The notes: generated by a model not told the origin, from the sequence alone. Shown: positions 1 to 12,874, counted from the stretch's first letter. The stretch is 64,000 nt of DNA from the human T2T-CHM13v2.0 reference genome, Homo sapiens (GCF_009914755.1 NC_060928.1); one strand, 5' to 3'. A program made the numbers and translations.

Positions 1-120
1 TGAAAAAGTTCTGGAAATGGATGATGATGATCATTGTACAACAGTGTGAATGTACTTAATGCCCCTGAATTGTACACTTAAAAATGGTTTAAAAAATAAT
101 TTTGTTATGCACATGTTATG
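1..120 (+). mobile_element. Old L1 (L1M-type) 3' end fragment
   Basis: ttctggaaatggat...gtgaatgtacttaatgcc..tgaattgtacacttaaaaatggtt resembles the L1MA/MB 3' terminus; approximate bounds. Confidence 0.6.
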
Positions 121-182
121 AGAATTTTTTAAATGATGGCAATAGAGTATAACATACTAAATAAAAGAATAATCCATGAGTC

Positions 183-867
<685 letters not shown>

Positions 868-1039
868 TAAAAAAAATAGTAATAATGGCAGGAAGGGATA
901 GGAAAGGTCTCCCCACATAAAGATGCTGGCTCAAAAATGTAGAAGAAATCCTGCCGTTTTGGAGCTATCAATGTAATAATTAATTCAAGCATGGATCTTC
1001 AATGGATGTCAAATCCAATGAATGAAAGATTTGATGAGG

Positions 1040-1500
1040 AAGAGGATATCCATAGTTTTACCGTACCATCCCCACAGACAGTTAGTTATTAATTGCAGAG
1101 GGAAAAGACGCCTTTAAAATGGTGTCAGATACACCTGTCAGGTACCACTTAATGATCAAATTTAGTATCACCAATGATGAGACAAAACTGACATTACGTA
1201 CTTTTCAATGTGATGGAGGGAGAAGTATACAACCTCCCCATAAAGTTTTCTTAACAAAAATGCGAACCTGAATCTAATGAGGAAATACTCTAAAACCAAA
1301 TTGTGGGATATTGGCCTAGATTCTATGTCGTTGTCATGAAATATTTTTTTTTAAGGAGGTGAATGATCAAGATTAAAGGAGACTGAAGAGATATGACAAC
1401 CAAGCTTAATGTGATGAACTTGCCCAGATCCTGTTTTACACAAACAGACAAAAAATAGTTACAGGGGGTGTCTTGAGGCAATGGAGGAGATTTTAATATG
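1040..1500 (+). mobile_element. Ancient L1MC/MD-like 3' region fragment
   Basis: ctgaatctaatgaggaaa..attaaaggagactgaagagatatgacaacc motifs; highly diverged. Confidence 0.45.
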
Positions 1501-1505
1501 AGCTC

Positions 1506-1887
1506 TATATTAGTCTGTTGTCATACTGCTATAAAGAATATATAGCCTGGGTAATTTATAAAGCAAACAGGTTTAATCGGCTCATGGTTCTGCAGGCTGT
1601 ATAGGAAGCATGGCTGGGGAGGCCTCAGGAAACTTATTGATTATGGAAAAAGGTGAAGGGGAGGCAGGCATGTCTTACGTGGCCAGAACAGAAGAGAGGG
1701 AGAAGGGAGGGGTGCCACACACCTTTACACGACCAGATCTCATGACGACAGCTCACTCACTATCACCAGAACAGTACTCAGAGGAAACGCGCCCCCATGA
1801 TCCAGTCACCTCCTGCCAGGCCCCAGCTCCTGGAAATTACAATTCAACATCAGATATGGGCGGGGACACAAATCCAAACCATAATCA
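1506..1887 (-). mobile_element. MST-family MaLR solo LTR
   Basis: tattagtctgtt..tgctataaag..ggctcatggttctgcaggctg..ggggacacaaatccaaaccata; explains ORF 1610-1903. Confidence 0.8.
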
Positions 1888-1954
1888 GCTGTATACTAGA
1901 TAATATTTGCTGTATCAATTTTAATTTCTTAGGTTTGATAATATTGTAGTTATA

Positions 1955-2299
<345 letters not shown>

Positions 2300-2544
2300 T
2301 CAGGTGTCATGATGTCTATAATTTATTTTCAAATTGTTGAGCAAAAAAACCTACATCTCCATAGAGAGAAATAAAAGCAATGTGGTGAAATGGCAATCTC
2401 TCCTGGTGAATCTGGAACACAGATACATAGGTACTCATTTTATTATTGTTTCAAAGTTTCAACAATTTTCACATTTTTCAAATGAAAAAGAGTCTAACTC
2501 TCTGGGATGTGTCTCAAGAAATACATAGGTCAGATTTCTTACTT

Positions 2545-2873
<329 letters not shown>

Positions 2874-2986
2874 TAAAGAAGGTATTTTCCAGACTATAAA
2901 GTTGGAACAGAAAAAAAGGATGCAAATTAAAGATGGTCAAAGGAAAACAGAATCTCATATTATTTCATTACATAAGAAATAATGTA

Positions 2987-3140
2987 AGCCGGATGCGGTG
3001 GCTCATGCTGTTATCCCAGCACTTTGGGAGGCTGAGACAGGAGGATTGCTTGAGGCAAGAAGTTCGAGACCAGCCTGGGCAACATAGTGAGATCCCCATC
3101 TCTATTTTTTATATAATTAAAAAAAATAAAAGAAAAAAAG
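2987..3140 (+). mobile_element. Alu monomer (FLAM-like)
   Basis: Left-arm sequence followed directly by A-rich tail. Confidence 0.8.
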
Positions 3141-3417
3141 TACATGAATTATTCACCCTAAAGCCCTACCCTACAGAGAATACAAGAGGTGCCCTCTGAG
3201 ACCCTCATATGTATAAAAACGTGGTATTTGAGCTTCTGCTTCTTTTTGCTAATGAGACAGATACTTTAAATGTTCACTTCTTTTTTTTTTTTTTCTAGCA
3301 ACCACAAAATTTGCCCAATGTCGGTCTCCTACCTGCAGTAAATAAGGTAAAACAGAATCTGTTTGATGTTCCTTATTATTAAATGGGAATGACTTTTTGC
3401 CTAAGGTGTTGGTGTAA

Positions 3418-3806
<389 letters not shown>

Positions 3807-5233
3807 AGCAGTGGGAATTTTTAAAGATCACATGCCTTTCTTCTTAAGGACTGTCTAGACAATAAAATTTAGAATTGCGGCTTGGGGTTACCTAATCACA
3901 ATAATTAGAGATATTTGTTTTAACCAGTTCAGTTGCCAAGAAAAAAAATGCCACTAGTTTGATTAAGAAACAAAGCACATTCTTTTATTTAGAATTTGAA
4001 AAGTGTATAATCCCTGATCTCCTTGAAGAAACAAGGGATATTAAAATATTGAAAACCAGTTCATCTTGTCCTACACAGAGCTGACTCACTAGCATAGTGA
4101 AGACGGTTCATACACTAACAACTAATTCTTACACACATAACTGAAAATGTAGACCACATTGTACAAAGAAATAAAATTATATCAAATTGTGGAAGGCCAA
4201 AAATAGGATTATAGATGGCTTACTTAATTCTATTTGACTTGCACTGATGTTTCCCTCCCAAGGTTCACTCCTGCATACTCAGTTCTCTACAGACTTTTAG
4301 ATGATAGACATTCAGCCATATATTTGCAGTCCTGACCTTTGCTTCGAGCTTTAGTCCTGACCTTTAACTTTCTGCTGGGTATCTCTAATTTCTAAAGTCA
4401 ACTGCATCTCAGATCCCCCTTTGGACTTCCTCATTTTTTCCAGCCCTTTGACAGTCTAAAATCTTGGATTCACCTCAGATTCCTCCTTCTAGCTTATTTG
4501 CCTCTCTCTTCTTAATCTAATCAGTTGCAAATTCTTGCCAAACCATTTCTTTTCATCCTTCATTGCCTTATTTCTGATCCAGACCTTATCTGTCTCATAC
4601 CTGTACTATCACAACAGCCTCCTAACTGGATGCCTCCAGCCAGTCTTGGGCTCTTTCGTGCTAGCTTCATCTTTGAACTTTGCACACCCGTTTCTTTCCT
4701 CAAACATGCCCCGCCACGCCTGTCCATTTTAAACTCATGTCTATGCTCATCTCTCCCCATCCTTTTTCTTTAATGATTATTTACCTCATGATACTTCTCT
4801 GATGGATCTCCCTGACAGCACTAATCCTCTATAAGAATTTCCTTCCTTTACTATCTGTGTTCTTCCTTTGACAGGAAGGAAGTGTACAGGAGGCTGTGTT
4901 CTTTACATTTTATGATTGGCCCCATCTCCAGAACTGACTAGATTGTAACGCCACTGAACTTAGCCAGCCAAGTGTCTTTTTGCACCTTGCTTTTTTTCAC
5001 TTAACATATACTGGAGATCTCTCCTTACCAGCACATATATGTTTATCTAATGCTTTTAAAATGCTTGCTAACTATGGATAATTCATAATTTATTTAATTA
5101 GTCCCTTACCGATGGCTACTGGTGGTTTTTCTGGCTTTGTTATTATCAAACATGCTTCAGTGAATATCCTTGTATATCTTGAGCAACTTTAATGTCACAG
5201 GAAAATAATTGTACTGGGATTGCTGGATTAAAG

Positions 5234-5235
<2 letters not shown>

Positions 5236-5271
<36 letters not shown>
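5236..5271. repeat. (GT)n microsatellite
   Basis: Uninterrupted GT run. Confidence 0.98.
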
Positions 5272-5273
<2 letters not shown>

Positions 5274-5283
5274 ACATATAAAC

Positions 5284-5742
<459 letters not shown>

Positions 5743-7526
5743 CACCTGATATCTTTTAAATTTGTACATAATAGAATTATCTTTTAAAATAATTTTCACT
5801 GTCTACTCCCATTTTTGATATTACCAATTTTCCTGCCACTCAAGATTAGGACATTGACAGTGGGAGCTTTGTTTATGGTGGCTTATCCCCACGGATTTAG
5901 CGCTGGAGAGAAAACGTAAAGCTAGGAGAAAAGAACATTTTGAAAGCCACAGAATAGGCTCTTCAGCGGCTAGAACACGGTTCCAGGCTAGGGCAATATG
6001 GCGTCCTGTACACCGGATTGCATCATCTTTCTTTGCCAAGGATCATCTGGAGCTCAAATCAAATCTAAATGTGTCCACCTCTAAAATGGGGATAATCTTC
6101 ATGTTTCTTTTCCTTTTACAGATATAAATGCAATTTCATTGTCTTGACCGTTAGGAATTCTCTGAAGGTCTGTTACTACGTAAATTGTGTGAACTCCGAA
6201 CAGCAGAGTTCAAACTTGATCAGAACAAAAAAGGCTAGAGAGTGGCAACTCTCCTTTCCGTCATTTTAATGGCTTTTGTATGACCAAATGTTTCCTTGCC
6301 AGTCAGTGGGGAAGAAGCAGCGAGCTTGTCTCTTAATTGCTTTAGAGTTCTGTTTGTCTATTTAGCGTTTCTTTTTGAAGTCTGAAGATTTATGGAACAA
6401 TAAACGTCATTTAATGCTGCGTGCTATTTTGGATTCCTCACTGGTTTTAGAATTTGGGTAAAACTACTTAGCTGAAAGTTTAACAAATTTGAAATTACAA
6501 GTATTGTAGAATAGTTCATCTCAGTGACATAAAATTACGGCAGCAGCAAAGTGTGTTACTTTGGTTTTTTTTTTTTAATAGTAAGATGTAGACATTTTAG
6601 TATAACAAATGTTTTCAAGTTGTTTGGGAAATAAATAAGCTAGGAAGCAAGGTTTAAATAAGAATGGTTTGGTTTGGTGCTGAATGATGTTGTTAGTACA
6701 CCGCAATTCAAGTGTTGGCTATGCATTTGGGCCAATTTAGGGAAGTCCAAAACAACGCACATTCGCTCAGTAGTGTGAGAGATTAATTGTAGGCAGGTCC
6801 CATCTTTTTTACAGTATTCAAACGTTCAACCTTAAGACCCCACCAGGGCGTCTCATTCCACCGGGAACTAGAGAAGCTTGACTTGTGTGATCACCTCCTG
6901 ATGAATGGACTGGGGCGGAACACAGATCCGGAGGTGGGGGCTTCTCTTCACCAAGCGCAAAGCCTACCTTCCAGAAGGCTGGCTGCACAAGCGGCCGCCC
7001 TAAATGCGGTCAAAGCGGGCAAATTCGCCGTGGGTGCCTTCCTTCCCTACCTCCGGCCCACTCTGGTTGCTCCTTCCCAGGTGCTCCAAGCTCTCCAGAG
7101 TTTCTGGTGGTTTAAAGTTTCCGCTTCACGCCCAGACTGCTCTAAGGGCAAACACGACCCCTTTCCTCTTCTAGGACCCCTTCCGTGAAGTCTGTTCCAA
7201 CCCTGAGCCTCTCCACCTTCGAGATTGGCCGCAGATGCCCCGACGGGATGGCCTGGGGAGCCGAAAGCTGTCCCCAGCCCCGGACAGCTACTGCCCACGC
7301 CGCGCAGGCCAGCCTCACACAGTAGCGAATCTCCTTCACGCGACTTCCTCGCAGGCCTGTGAACCCGCAGGGGAGGCGGAGGTCGGTTCAAACCCTGCGA
7401 GAGCCCCTGCCCAGCGCGGAGTCCTGCACACGGTGGAAAGTCCTTACGCATTAGCGGGCAGGATTAAACGACTTCACACCACGAGGTGCAAGACTGGGCT
7501 TCGGGGCCTTCCTCGGTGTTGCTATT

Positions 7527-8129
7527 TTAAAAGAAGCTGCTCAGTAACCCAGAAGAAGATGACGGGGGACGGTGGTGTAGACCCGGCTGGAGAGGAGTCC
7601 AGGGCCTGGGAGGCGCCCCCTCTGACTGAGGGGCTGGGGACCCTGAAGCTTGGCGTCCAGGCCCCGCCAGCGCTGCACCCGGCATTGTCCCGCCTGGGGC
7701 AGGCGTCCGGTCCCTCGGCAGTGCGGGCCAGCACGTACGTAGTAGCTGCTGAATAAATAAATGCCTATGCAACAGGGAACGTCCCGGCCCACCCCGGCCG
7801 GGCCAGGGCCTAGGAAGGGCGGGCGTCCGGCGCCGCCGTGGGTCCCTCCGGCGTGGCCGCCCACACCTCCTGGCCACGGCGGGGCTGCGGTGGGGGGACA
7901 TCCTGGGGCGGGCGGCTGGACGGAAGGGACTAGAGTCGGGGCGCGTCCACGGCCAACCGCCCCGAACCAAGCAGGGGAGGCCAGGGACCAGGAGCTTCCG
8001 GGGCCCCGCGGCTGGAGCGCCCGGACGCGAAGGGGCGGCGGGTGACGGGGCGCGGTGCGGGCGGCTACAGGGCCGGACGGGAGTTCCTCCGCTTTCCGCC
8101 GCGCGGCTCGCGGTCTCAGCCGAGGTCAT
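7527..8129 (-). CDS. WWC2-AS2: Putative uncharacterised 200-aa Pro/Arg-rich ORF (MTSAETASRAAESGG...), coding status doubtful
   Basis: ATG at 8129-8127, 603 nt to stop; low complexity, no domain; lies in a stop-poor CpG island. Confidence 0.3.
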   Translation of the reverse strand: MTSAETASRAAESGGTPVRPCSRPHRAPSPAAPSRPGAPAAGPRKLLVPGLPCLVRGGWPWTRPDSSPFRPAARPRMSPHRSPAVARRCGRPRRRDPRRRRTPALPRPWPGRGGPGRSLLHRHLFIQQLLRTCWPALPRDRTPAPGGTMPGAALAGPGRQASGSPAPQSEGAPPRPWTPLQPGLHHRPPSSSSGLLSSFF

Positions 8130-8475
8130 CGAGGGCCAGGAGCCCTGGCGGAGGCCCCGCCGTCCCGGACCCACCGACGCACTCCCAGGGCTTGGCGCTT
8201 TCCCACCACCCCGGACCGCCCTTGGGGTGCCGGAGGGGCTCGGGGCGCGGCGTGGGGAGCCTTTGTGCCCTCTCCGCTTGTTGAGGTTTTTTCTCCGGAG
8301 GAGAGCTCCCCGCCCGCCACCCCTTTCCTCTCGAAAGTTTTGTGGTTTCCCTAGAAGACGAAAGAGGTTGAGAAGGTTGCGGAGACTTTTGCAATCTTCC
8401 CCGTCCAGAAACTCTAAAACCTCTCGGCGTTTGGCCCAGGGGAGCTATCTGGGGTCAAGGGGAGGGAGCTGGCCG

Positions 8476-8644
8476 CACATTCCTTCGCCCGCCTTCCTCC
8501 CACCTGGAGCCGCGGCCCCGCGGGGCAGTGCGTCCGAGCTGGTGCGGCGACGCCGGCAGCGGCGGGGTTAAGCTCAGGAATGCGGCGCGAGGAATGCGCA
8601 TGCAGATGAGGCGGGCGGGCGCATGCTAATCGCATGCAAATGAG
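8476..8644. promoter_or_regulatory. Proximal promoter motif cluster (TEAD M-CAT x3, octamer, NRF1-like, GC box)
   Basis: CATTCC 8478-8483; GGAATG 8577-8582 and 8591-8596; TGCGCATGCA 8595-8604; ATGCTAAT 8623-8630; ATGCAAAT 8634-8641. Confidence 0.6.
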
Positions 8645-8826
8645 GGGCCCGCCGCTGCCGCGGCAGCGCCGCAGCTTCCCGGATCCGAGCCCAGACGGCG
8701 GCGGCTCCGGCAGCCTGGGCGCCGCGACCCTCGGCGGCCAGAGGGGGACGGGGCGGAGGAGGAGGAAGAGGCGGAGGCAGCGGCGGCGAGGGGGAGGAGG
8801 GTTCGCTCGCCGGCTCCGACGCAGAC

Positions 8827-8838
8827 ATGGTGGACTGA
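8827..8838 (+). promoter_or_regulatory. uORF1 (M-V-D-stop), strong Kozak
   Basis: gacATGGtggacTGA; -3 G, +4 G; a uORF only if the TSS lies upstream of 8827. Confidence 0.55.
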
Positions 8839-8999
8839 TCCGCAGCGGGGCCGCGAACAGCGTTTCCTGAGGCACCTCCCGCGCGTGGTTCCGCCGCGCC
8901 CCGCGCCCTGCGCCCCTCAGCCCCTCGCCGGCGCCCGCGTCGCGGGTTGGCAGCCTAGCCCGGCAGCCGCGTTCCCGCCGCGTCCCGCGCCCGGTACCT

Positions 9000-9041
9000 A
9001 TGGAGGCGCCGCTCGCCGGCGAGGCCGCCGACCATGCCTAG
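9000..9041 (+). promoter_or_regulatory. uORF2 ([13 protein letters not shown]), out of frame, overlapping WWC2 start codon
   Basis: ATG 9000-9002, TAG 9039-9041; main ATG at 9034 lies inside it. Confidence 0.65.
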
Positions 9042-9164
9042 GAGGGCCGGGAGCGGTCAGCTGCCGCTGCCCCGGGGCTGGGAGGAGGCCAGGGACTACG
9101 ACGGCAAGGTCTTCTACATTGACCACAACACCAGGAGGACCAGCTGGATCGACCCCCGGGACAG
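9034..9164 (+). CDS. WWC2: WWC2 coding exon 1 (WW and C2 domain-containing protein 2; first WW domain)
   Basis: gccgaccATG Kozak; [43 protein letters not shown](R) has WW signature W16, F27-Y28, H31, W38, P41 typical of the KIBRA/WWC family; ends at donor CAG|GTGGGC (131 nt, phase 2). Confidence 0.96.
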
Positions 9165-11638
9165 GTGGGCGCCGGCCGCGGGGGCGCGGGCCCGTTCGGA
9201 CACGGCGGCTGTTGTCCCGGAGACCCGGCCGCGCGGGGGGCTGGGGCGGCGCCGGCCCGCGGTGCCCCGAGGGGTCCCGGGAGGGATGTGGGGCTGGCTG
9301 CTCCGGCGGGGCCGAGGAGCCGCCCGTACCCGGGCTCCTCCGCCCACCGGCTTCCCGACGCCCCTCCGGGGACCCGGCCCCGAGGCAAGGCTGGAGTCGC
9401 TGCCCCGGGCCGACGCCGCGCGCCAGGCTAACGGACCCGAGGGGCCACCTGAGCCCTGTTAGGAACTTCCCTAGGCTTCGAGGTGCCCACGTGGAGGCTG
9501 CAGGACACCTTCGGCCTCTGGGCGGCGGGGGTGGGCTAGGGCCTCACTGCCAGTTGGGGAACGAGCCCTCCGGGCCACCTGTGGCATCCCTCAGGCCGTC
9601 CTTGGCGCGGGAGCCTGGGCTGCGAGCTCTTGGCGGGGGCGCCCAGACTGGCCGGAGGTCCCGAGCTGGGAAGGGGCTCCCGCCCCCCGCCGGGCCCTGC
9701 TAGTGGGTGTGACTGACTTTGCCCCTCAGAGTTTAAAAACGCGCGTTTGGGGGTTTCGCTGTCTGTCGTTAGTCTTCACCTGAAAACTTGAACCGACTCC
9801 CAGATCGGGAACAGGCATATTGTGTTTGGAAGGGAGATGTAGTGAAATTAACGTTGGGTATTGAGGCACTCTGATTTGAGCTTAGCCTGGTTTCTTTGTT
9901 TTTTGTTTTTTAAATTGGTTCAGGAACTGAAGGTTCACAAATGTTTCTGTGTCCCATATTTTTTTTACCCTTAAAATTTCTTAGAATTATTGTAAGAATA
10001 ATAGGAGGTATTCCTAATTATAAATTTGTAAATTATCCATTAAGGAGATATTCCTAATTGTAAATTTAAATAACGTGCCACCAGGGATAACTTCGACATT
10101 TGGACTTTTGTCATTTCTGAAAATTATAACTTTATTGAATGTGGCCCTTTGGGCTTTATATACTTTTTAGGTGCTTCTCCTATTTAACATTTTCCCTTTT
10201 CTCAATTTGAAGCTGAAATACCTAACTACTTTATAATCTCAGTTACTTTTGCCCTAAAAATGTTGTTTTTGAAAGCTACTAAAAGGCAATTACAAGAAAG
10301 TTATAAATAACATTATAAATTTATGGAACAATCCTTGTTCAATTATCCGTGAAGCTACGGGCCTAGGTTTCCCTCCTGAAATGAGAAAAGGCACCTGTGC
10401 TGAGGTTCGGTCTTGCCGCAGCCTGGCTGCCTGTTGCTGGCCTGATGAAAATTGTGACAGGCATCACACCTTCCCAGTGTCTCCAGACGTGCTAGTTGTT
10501 GTCATAAACTTCACGCTCCAAGCCAGTTATTTGACTTATGCTATTGCACTTTGAAACTACTTAACAGATAGTAAATGTCAGTGCTGATGGTGTGCACCCA
10601 ACTGCGGCTTTTAAGGCACCTGTATAAATATTTGACTTTTACAGTTGTGTGGTAATTCTTTCTGCTTTCTGATACTTGGAGTTTCAGGTAATTGAAATAA
10701 CAATAAATTCTTGAAATATTTAGGCATTCTAGGTTCTCTTCTTCGGTTTACATGCTTTACTATATTATCTCAGTTGTGTTTACCGGAAAGGATTACAAGA
10801 ATATGTAATGTCTGGGTAAAGTAAATAGAAAGTGGAGTGAAATTATATGACTTGGCTATCCATATCACTACTTTTTTCACAAGTCAAGCATGTCCTTTAT
10901 TTTAAACTCTTAATGGATTAGTAATTATTATGAACTATTTTCAGGAAACTGGATAAACAATTCATTGGATAGGGACAAATAGTTTTGACTAAGATAGCTT
11001 TTTATTTTTCCAATTTTCCTTGCAGCTGTTAGGTCTTAAATATTCAGAGACATAAATTTGACGACTTACAAATATTTCTGGATCTCAGAGTTTTAAAAGA
11101 TACTCTGTTGAGATCAGAGTCACCATTATATACTCAGTTTAAATTTGATTATATTTTCTTTTAGGGCAATTAAGTGACTAAATCTTACTAAATAGAGTAA
11201 GAGCTGATGGGAACGTATATTTGGAGTAACTATTAACTCCTGTCAGTTTTGTTACACACTTACCAAACATATGGAAAGAGAGATGTTACACAGGCCAATA
11301 GGAGTGTGTGGATTCTTCTGCAGGATCAACTTACAAATTCTGAAAGAAAAACAACTTGATATACTATGGGTCTGCAGTACTTTTGAACTGTTTAAGCCAT
11401 TTAATTAGAATGGTCACGATGATTTACCTTGCATATTTTTTATGTTATTCTGTTAAGGAAAAGAATTTTGTGTTTTTGATAGTCTATCAGAATTTGTTGA
11501 ATATTTCTGATTATACAGATAATTATGCCGATTTAGTAGGGGAGGCTAGGGCATTTTATAAGAACATAATTTCATTCAACAGGTAGTCATGCCAGAATGC
11601 TGAAGCATTATTCTAAAATGCTTTTAAGCTTTTGGAGG

Positions 11639-11654
11639 TGAATGACGTCATTCA
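11639..11654. promoter_or_regulatory. Full palindromic CRE in a 16-bp palindrome
   Basis: TGAATGACGTCATTCA. Confidence 0.5.
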
Positions 11655-11899
11655 AACTTTGCTGGGATGTGATCAAAGCTTTTATTGCTCCACTTCTTAC
11701 TTTTATTGACTAAGTTTACGTGAGTTTCTGAATCCCTCTAAACCTCCATTTTTCAGCTCTAAAATGAGGATAATATCATCTTCTTCATAGGGGTGTTTGT
11801 GGGCTCACCATTAGGGCCCAGCCTAATTGTATTAGTGTAGTGTTGACATTCCAGTTTAGGAACTGAGTGACCCTGGAAATAGTAGAAATACTAGCATGG

Positions 11900-12115
11900 A
11901 CAGTATTTACTCAGTGTGTATTGTGTGCTAGGCACTCTGCTAAGCTCTTTAACTGTGATCTCATTTCATTCTCCCGTTGGTCCTGTGAGGTAGGTACTAC
12001 TGTCATCTTCCAGTTACAGATGAGGAAATTGAGTCACAGAGAAGTAGCCCTTGTTAAGTGTGGAGCTAGGATTTAAAGCCAGACAGCTTGACTCTACAGC
12101 ATGTGTCCTTAATCA
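11900..12115 (-). mobile_element. MIR
   Basis: gtgctaggcact..cctgtgaggtagg..acagatgaggaaattgag core. Confidence 0.75.
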
Positions 12116-12874
12116 TTCCTTTAAATTGTCTCGACGCTTGCGCATGTTCAGGGGTCTTTGGGTGGAGTGCACAGAGGGGCAGAACCTTTTTGCCCAGTGT
12201 TTATTTTTCAGGCTGAGTGACTAGGCTAATCCTGGGGAAATCTCCCTGTTTGTGATTAATTCCTTGTCCCCCTACCCTGCCTGCATGGGCCCACTCCCCG
12301 AGTGTTATTTTGTAGGTTTACCCCCTCTTCTTTTGCTCACCATGGACCCTTTTGAACATACCAGTTGGTGTTTATGGTAGGCCATAGGTCTTGGCCAAAT
12401 GGCCTGGTGCTTTTTTTTTTTTTTTTTTAATTACATTCAACAAAGGAGAAAAAGGTGGGATGGATTGGCTTCATTGCCTTTTGGAGGAGTAGGGAGCTTA
12501 AGTGGGCAGGCCTCAGAGATAGGGTGGGTTGGCTTTACCAACTCCCAGTAGAATTTTGCTCATTTTCTATCCTTGGATTGAATGTTACCCAGAGATACAA
12601 TGACTTTGTCTAGTTGAACTGAAAGATTTCACACCATGCAAAGTGACTTTCCATTAAAACCCACTGATAGACACTAATCTGTGGCTTATGGCAAGGGTCA
12701 GATGTTGAGCAACCTGTACCTTCTAACTGAATAAAAATAATCTTGGGGGGTGGGGAGGGTGAAAAGGGAGGAAGGGGGTGCCAGCTGGGTATATCATTGA
12801 TGTCACAGTTAACTTTTGGCTCTCCACACCCGTTTGAGGCATATGACTAGGATCAGAGGAACTCTGTATTGTCT

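Larger units (their letters stand above)
6560..8740 (-). ncRNA. WWC2-AS2: Divergent antisense transcript region WWC2-AS2 (C4orf38); ends approximate
   Basis: Head-to-head with WWC2 exon 1; contains the ORF I recognise as the putative WWC2-AS2 product; candidate minus-strand ATTAAA at 6574-6579 next to an A12 run. Transcript ends cannot be read from sequence. Confidence 0.6.
6940..9750. promoter_or_regulatory. CpG island / bidirectional promoter region of WWC2 and WWC2-AS2
   Basis: Abrupt rise in GC and intact CpG, multiple GGGCGG boxes, spans exon 1. Confidence 0.93.

Noticed and set aside
8634-8870. 78-aa Arg-rich ORF resembling an NLS/protamine-like peptide
   Set aside because: Its ATG is part of the octamer motif, probably upstream of the TSS; the Arg run is a reading of the GGA/GGC tract
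6883-9703. Many overlapping Pro/Arg/Gly-rich ORFs incl. 272-aa 8885-9703
   Set aside because: Stop-codon scarcity in a CpG island; many begin at non-ATG codons; no domains
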